From NCBI GenBank assembly GCA_964291675.2, contig OZ219866.1, positions 256,001 to 320,000 of the forward strand: a stretch of DNA of 64,000 nt, written 5' to 3'. The notes beneath the pieces are model-generated. The model saw only the letters and a list, made by a program, of their open reading frames with translations. It was not told the DNA's origin and did no database searches. The DNA is from Alphaproteobacteria bacterium. GTDB taxonomy: Bacteria; Pseudomonadota; Alphaproteobacteria; MPNO01. The translations under genes were made by a program, and so were the position numbers. Shown in pieces: positions 60,176-64,000 of the stretch (position 1 is its first letter; every line of letters starts with the position of its first letter).

Positions 60176-61954
60176 ATGACGCAGAAGGACCAGGACGGCG
60201 GCGCCGCAGACGACCCGGTCGCGGCGCTCGGCGAGGCCATGGGCGCCGCGGCGCAGCAATGGCAGGAGAGCTGGTCGGACTGGCTCGGCGCGCTGTCCGC
60301 GGCGGCGAAGGACGACGCGAAGCCCGATCTTGCGCCGACCGCCGTCAACCTCGATCCGGCGGCGATGCTGGAAGCCCAGATGGAGCTCTGGCGCGACTTC
60401 CAGGCGCTCTGGGCCTCGACCACCGCCCGTATGATGGGCGGGCAGGCCGAGCCGGTGATCGCGCCCGAGAAGGGCGACAACCGTTTCCGCGACGCCGAGT
60501 GGTCGGACAACCCGGTCTTCGACTTCCTCAAGCAGTCCTATCTGCTGAATGCGCGCTGGCTGCGCCGCAGCCTCGCCGGGGTCGAGGGGCTCGACCGCGG
60601 CGAGGCGGAGAAGCTCGACTTCATCGGCCGCCAGATCGTGGACGCGTTCTCGCCCGCCAACTTCGCGCTGACCAACCCGGTGGTGCTGCGCGAGATGCGC
60701 GAGACCAGGGGCGAGAGCCTGATGCGCGGGATGCGCCAGCTCGCCGAGGACCTCAAGGACTCCGAGCGCGGCCTGCGCCCCCGGCAGACCGACATGGACG
60801 CCTTCGAGGTCGGCGGCAACATCGCCACCGCCCCCGGCGCGGTGGTCTTCCAGAACCGGCTGATCCAGCTCATCCAGTACGAGCCGGCGACCGAGACGGT
60901 GTACCGCAAGCCGCTGCTCATCGTGCCGCCCTGGATCAACAAGTTCTACATCCTCGATCTCAGGCCGGACAATTCCTTCATCCGCTGGGCGGCGGCGCGC
61001 GGCTACACGGTGTTCGTCATCTCCTGGGTCAACCCGGACGAGAGCCACGCCTCGCTCCGCTTCGACGACTATCTGCGCGACGGCATCCTGGCCGCGCTCG
61101 ACGCCATCGAGCGGGCGACCGGCGAGCGCCAGACCACGGCGATCGGCTACTGCATCGGCGGCACGCTGCTCGCCGCGGCGCTCGCCTATATGGATGCGGT
61201 CGGGGACAAGCGGATCGGGGCGGCGACCTTCTTCGCCGCGCAGGTCGATTTCGAGGACGCGGGCGAGCTTCGCCTGTTCACCGACGAATCCCATATGGAG
61301 GCAATGGAGGCCAAGGTCCGCGAGAAGGGCTATCTCGACGCGGCCGACATGGCGGGGACCTTCAACGCGCTGCGCGCCAACGACCTGATCTGGCACTTCG
61401 TGATCAACAACTACCTGCTCGGCAAGGAGCCGCCGGCCTTCGACCTGTTGTTCTGGAACGCCGATTCGACCAACTTCCCGGCCGAGCTGTTCGTCGAGTA
61501 CATGCACAACATGTACCAGCACAACAACCTCGCGCGCCCGGGCGGGTTCGAGCTGATGGGCGAGAAGATCGATCTCGGGCGGATCGCCGTCCCGACCTAT
61601 ATCCAAGCCTCCAAGGAGGACCACATCGCGCCGGCCGCCTCGGTGTTCAAGCTGACCAGGCTGTTCGGCGGCCAGAAGCGCTTCGTGCTCGCGGGCTCCG
61701 GCCACATCGCGGGCGTGGTCAACCCGCCGGAGAAGAAGAAGTATCAGCACTGGCTGGCGAAGGACGGCGCCGGGCACGGCGATTTCGAGTCCTGGTTCGC
61801 CGCCGCGGAGGAGCATCCGGGCTCCTGGTGGCCGGACTGGCATCGCTGGCAATCGCGGCGTTCGGGCAAGAAGACACCCGCCCGCAGGCCGGGCGAGGGC
61901 GGGCTGGCCGCGATCGAGCCGGCGCCGGGGTCCTACGTCAAGCGGCGCAGCTAG
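60176..61954 (+). CDS. phaC: Class I poly(R)-hydroxyalkanoate synthase
   Basis: D.RF...W..NP.FD, PPWINKFYILDL, GYCIGG catalytic Cys, EDHIAP Asp, SGHIAGVVNPP His, GSWWPDW, APGSYV. Confidence 0.97.
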   Translation: MTQKDQDGGAADDPVAALGEAMGAAAQQWQESWSDWLGALSAAAKDDAKPDLAPTAVNLDPAAMLEAQMELWRDFQALWASTTARMMGGQAEPVIAPEKGDNRFRDAEWSDNPVFDFLKQSYLLNARWLRRSLAGVEGLDRGEAEKLDFIGRQIVDAFSPANFALTNPVVLREMRETRGESLMRGMRQLAEDLKDSERGLRPRQTDMDAFEVGGNIATAPGAVVFQNRLIQLIQYEPATETVYRKPLLIVPPWINKFYILDLRPDNSFIRWAAARGYTVFVISWVNPDESHASLRFDDYLRDGILAALDAIERATGERQTTAIGYCIGGTLLAAALAYMDAVGDKRIGAATFFAAQVDFEDAGELRLFTDESHMEAMEAKVREKGYLDAADMAGTFNALRANDLIWHFVINNYLLGKEPPAFDLLFWNADSTNFPAELFVEYMHNMYQHNNLARPGGFELMGEKIDLGRIAVPTYIQASKEDHIAPAASVFKLTRLFGGQKRFVLAGSGHIAGVVNPPEKKKYQHWLAKDGAGHGDFESWFAAAEEHPGSWWPDWHRWQSRRSGKKTPARRPGEGGLAAIEPAPGSYVKRRS

Positions 61955-61979
61955 CGCGACGACCGGAGGAGAGCGGAGC

Positions 61980-62219
61980 ATGAAGCTCAGCATCGATATC
62001 GACTGCACGCCCCAGGAGGCGCGGGCCTTTTTCGGCCTGCCCGATGTGGAGGGGATGCAGAAGGAAATGATGGCCGAGGTCCAGGACCAGCTACGCGCCC
62101 ATGTCGCGGCGATGGACCCGGAGGCGCTGATGAAGACCTGGATGCCGATGGGCACCAAGGCCTTCGAGACCTTCCGGGACGCCTTCATGCAGGGGTTCCA
62201 GAAACGCCCGTCGGATTAG
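61980..62219 (+). CDS. Small conserved hypothetical protein (DUF6489-like)
   Basis: MK..IDIDCTP.EAR.FFGLPDV..MQ pattern; GGAG RBS. Confidence 0.78.
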   Translation: MKLSIDIDCTPQEARAFFGLPDVEGMQKEMMAEVQDQLRAHVAAMDPEALMKTWMPMGTKAFETFRDAFMQGFQKRPSD

Positions 62220-62404
62220 TGTCGTGGTTCAGAAGTTCCTGCGCATGCGGATGCGCCGATGCCCGGTCCCTCGGGGCGAGTCTTTCCCACAATTCGTCAT
62301 GCCTCCCGATCGTCATGCCCGGCCTCCGGACCAAGTCCGGGGGCCGGGCATGACGTGATGGGAGTCCGGTGCAGATGGACGTGAATTTCTGATCCGGGTC
62401 ACTG
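62217..62404. repeat. TAG-anchored MITE-like shell carrying a GTCATGCCCGG hairpin
   Basis: Left TAGTGTCGTGGTTCAGAAGTTC vs reverse complement of right end CAGTGACCCGGATCAGAAATTC; inner hairpin CGTCATGCCCGGCC.CCGGAC-CAA-GTCCGG.GGCCGGGCATGACG at 62311-62355. Confidence 0.7.
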
Positions 62405-62439
62405 GCGGCGCGGACAGGTTTCAAACAAGAGGATTCGCG

Positions 62440-62937
62440 ATGGACTCGAACGACCGGCCGGCGGCCGACCCGATGCACGGCTACTTCCTGGAGGATCTCG
62501 AAATCGGCATGTCCGCGGTCTACGGGCGCACCATCGCGGAGGGCGACGTGAGCCTGTTCGCCGGGCTGTGCGGCGACGACAACCCGCTCCACGTCCACGA
62601 GGAGTTCGCGTCCCGCAGCCGCTTCGAGGGCAGGGTGGTGCACGGCGCGCACACCGCGAGCCTGATCTCCACCGTGCTCGGCACCCGCATGCCCGGCCCG
62701 GGCGCGATCTATCTCAGCCAGAACAGCCGCTTCAGGGCGCCGGTGCGGATCGGCGACACGGTCAACGTGCGGGCGACCGTCACCGGGATCGACCGCGGCC
62801 GGAACCGGGCCATCATCGAGACGGTGTGCAGCGTGGGCGAGACCGTGGTGATCGACGGCGAGGCCACGGTCTGGGTGCCGTCGCGCCCGGAGCCCGGATC
62901 GGAGGAGGAGGCAGGCGGTGAGCGCAACGGCGTTTGA
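62440..62937 (+). CDS. phaJ: MaoC-family (R)-specific enoyl-CoA hydratase
   Basis: FA.L.GD.NPLH..EEFA, VHGA, PGPGAIYLSQ..RF.APV.IGD; located in the pha locus. Confidence 0.85.
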   Translation: MDSNDRPAADPMHGYFLEDLEIGMSAVYGRTIAEGDVSLFAGLCGDDNPLHVHEEFASRSRFEGRVVHGAHTASLISTVLGTRMPGPGAIYLSQNSRFRAPVRIGDTVNVRATVTGIDRGRNRAIIETVCSVGETVVIDGEATVWVPSRPEPGSEEEAGGERNGV

Positions 62938-63604
62938 CGATATCGGCGCCTGCGTCTTCGACGCCTACGGCACCCTGCTCGACTTCAACTCCGCGGCCGA
63001 GCGCTGCCGCGACCGGATCGGCGGGCGCGCCGACGAGCTGTCGGCGCTGTGGCGGCAGAAGCAGCTGCAATACACCTGGCTGCGCAGCCTGATGGGCCGC
63101 TTCGTCGATTTCTGGCACGTCACCGGCGAGGCGCTCGACTTTTCGATGAAAGAGGTCGGGCTCGACGACCCGGCGCTGCGGGCCGAGCTGATGCAGCTCT
63201 ATCTCAGCCTCGAACCCTACCCGGACGCGCGCGGCTGCCTGGAGCGCGTCAAGCAGGCCGGGTGCCGGACGGCGATCCTCTCCAACGGCTCGATGACGAT
63301 GCTGGTCGCGGCGGTCAAGAACGCCGGGCTCGACCACCTGGTGGATGCGATCTACTCGGTCGACCGGACGGAGATCTTCAAGCCGCACCACTCGGTCTAC
63401 CAGATGCCGGTCGACGAGCTGAAGCTGCCGGCCCCGCGGATCTGCTTCCTGTCGGCCAATGGCTGGGACGCGCATGGCGCGGCCGCGTTCGGCTTCCGCA
63501 CCGCCTGGATCAACCGCGCCGGCCAGACGGCGGAGAACCTGCCGGGCGACATCCAGGCGGAGCTCTCCTCGCTCGCCGAGCTGCCCGCGCTGCTCGGTGG
63601 CTGA
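62918..63604 (+). CDS. Haloacid dehalogenase type II
   Basis: FDAYGTLLD, WRQKQLQYTW, LSNG, FKP, SANGWD. Confidence 0.9.
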   Translation: MSATAFDDIGACVFDAYGTLLDFNSAAERCRDRIGGRADELSALWRQKQLQYTWLRSLMGRFVDFWHVTGEALDFSMKEVGLDDPALRAELMQLYLSLEPYPDARGCLERVKQAGCRTAILSNGSMTMLVAAVKNAGLDHLVDAIYSVDRTEIFKPHHSVYQMPVDELKLPAPRICFLSANGWDAHGAAAFGFRTAWINRAGQTAENLPGDIQAELSSLAELPALLGG

Positions 63605-64000
63605 CGAGCCCTATCGCGAGCGCCGCTTCGCCGCCGGGGACGGGCTCGGCCTCTATTTCCGCGACTACGGCGATCCGGACTCCGGGGCGACGCCGGTGCT
63701 CTGCCTCGGCGGGCTGACGCGCAACGCGAAGGATTTCGACGCGCTGGCGCGGCGGCTTGCCGGAGAGCGCCGGGTGCTCTGCCTCGATCTCAGGGGCCGC
63801 GGGCGGTCGGATTACGACCCGGACTGGCGCAACTACCGCCCGGCGACCTATTTGGGCGACATCGCCCAACTGCTCGCGGTCGCGGGCGTCCACCGGGTCG
63901 CTGTGGTCGGGACCTCGCTCGGCGGGGTGCTGGCGATGGCGATGGGCGCGTCCATGCCGGCGGCGCTCGCGGCGGCGGTGCTCAACGATATCGGCCCGGA
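63597..64000 (+). CDS. Alpha/beta hydrolase (runs off the window end)
   Basis: Read by hand from GTG 63597: DGLGLYFRDYG...CLGGLTRNAKDF...DLRGRGRSD...VGTSLGG (GxSxG). Confidence 0.85.
   Translation, partial: MADEPYRERRFAAGDGLGLYFRDYGDPDSGATPVLCLGGLTRNAKDFDALARRLAGERRVLCLDLRGRGRSDYDPDWRNYRPATYLGDIAQLLAVAGVHRVAVVGTSLGGVLAMAMGASMPAALAAAVLNDIGP

Overview
High-GC (about 70% by eye) chromosomal window from an alphaproteobacterium, probably Rhodospirillales-like, judged from gene order (folK-rpoZ-rsh-pdxJ-acpS-lepB-rnc-era-recO-parC; NYN-udg-smpB-dapA; ETF-QO-TPR-ispE-tRNA-Gln) and a GTTC-N7-GTTC LexA box. Most of it is core housekeeping genes plus a PHA locus (phaR/phaP/phaC/phaJ). An accessory catabolic stretch (about 12.7-29.4 kb) holds tandem UbiD decarboxylases, a PuuE-like deacetylase, an atypical GH88-like protein, a FAH-family hydrolase, a thioesterase, a TAXI-TRAP transporter and an HpcH aldolase coupled to LigJ. 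Mobile DNA includes an intact IS1634-family element, a 179-bp MITE and several composite palindromic repeats, and most of these begin at TAG/CTAG stop codons. The best candidates for undescribed biology are: (1) a two-gene module of a HEPN protein and a non-canonical partner with its own promoter; (2) a Cys-rich MarR / sigma-32 pair whose palindromic operators are centred on GANTC methylation sites; (3) the UbiD-pair/GH88-like and HpcH-LigJ catabolic genes; (4) the stop-codon-anchored repeat elements. No CRISPR array, rRNA or prophage was seen. All calls come from reading motifs by eye; no database searches were run.
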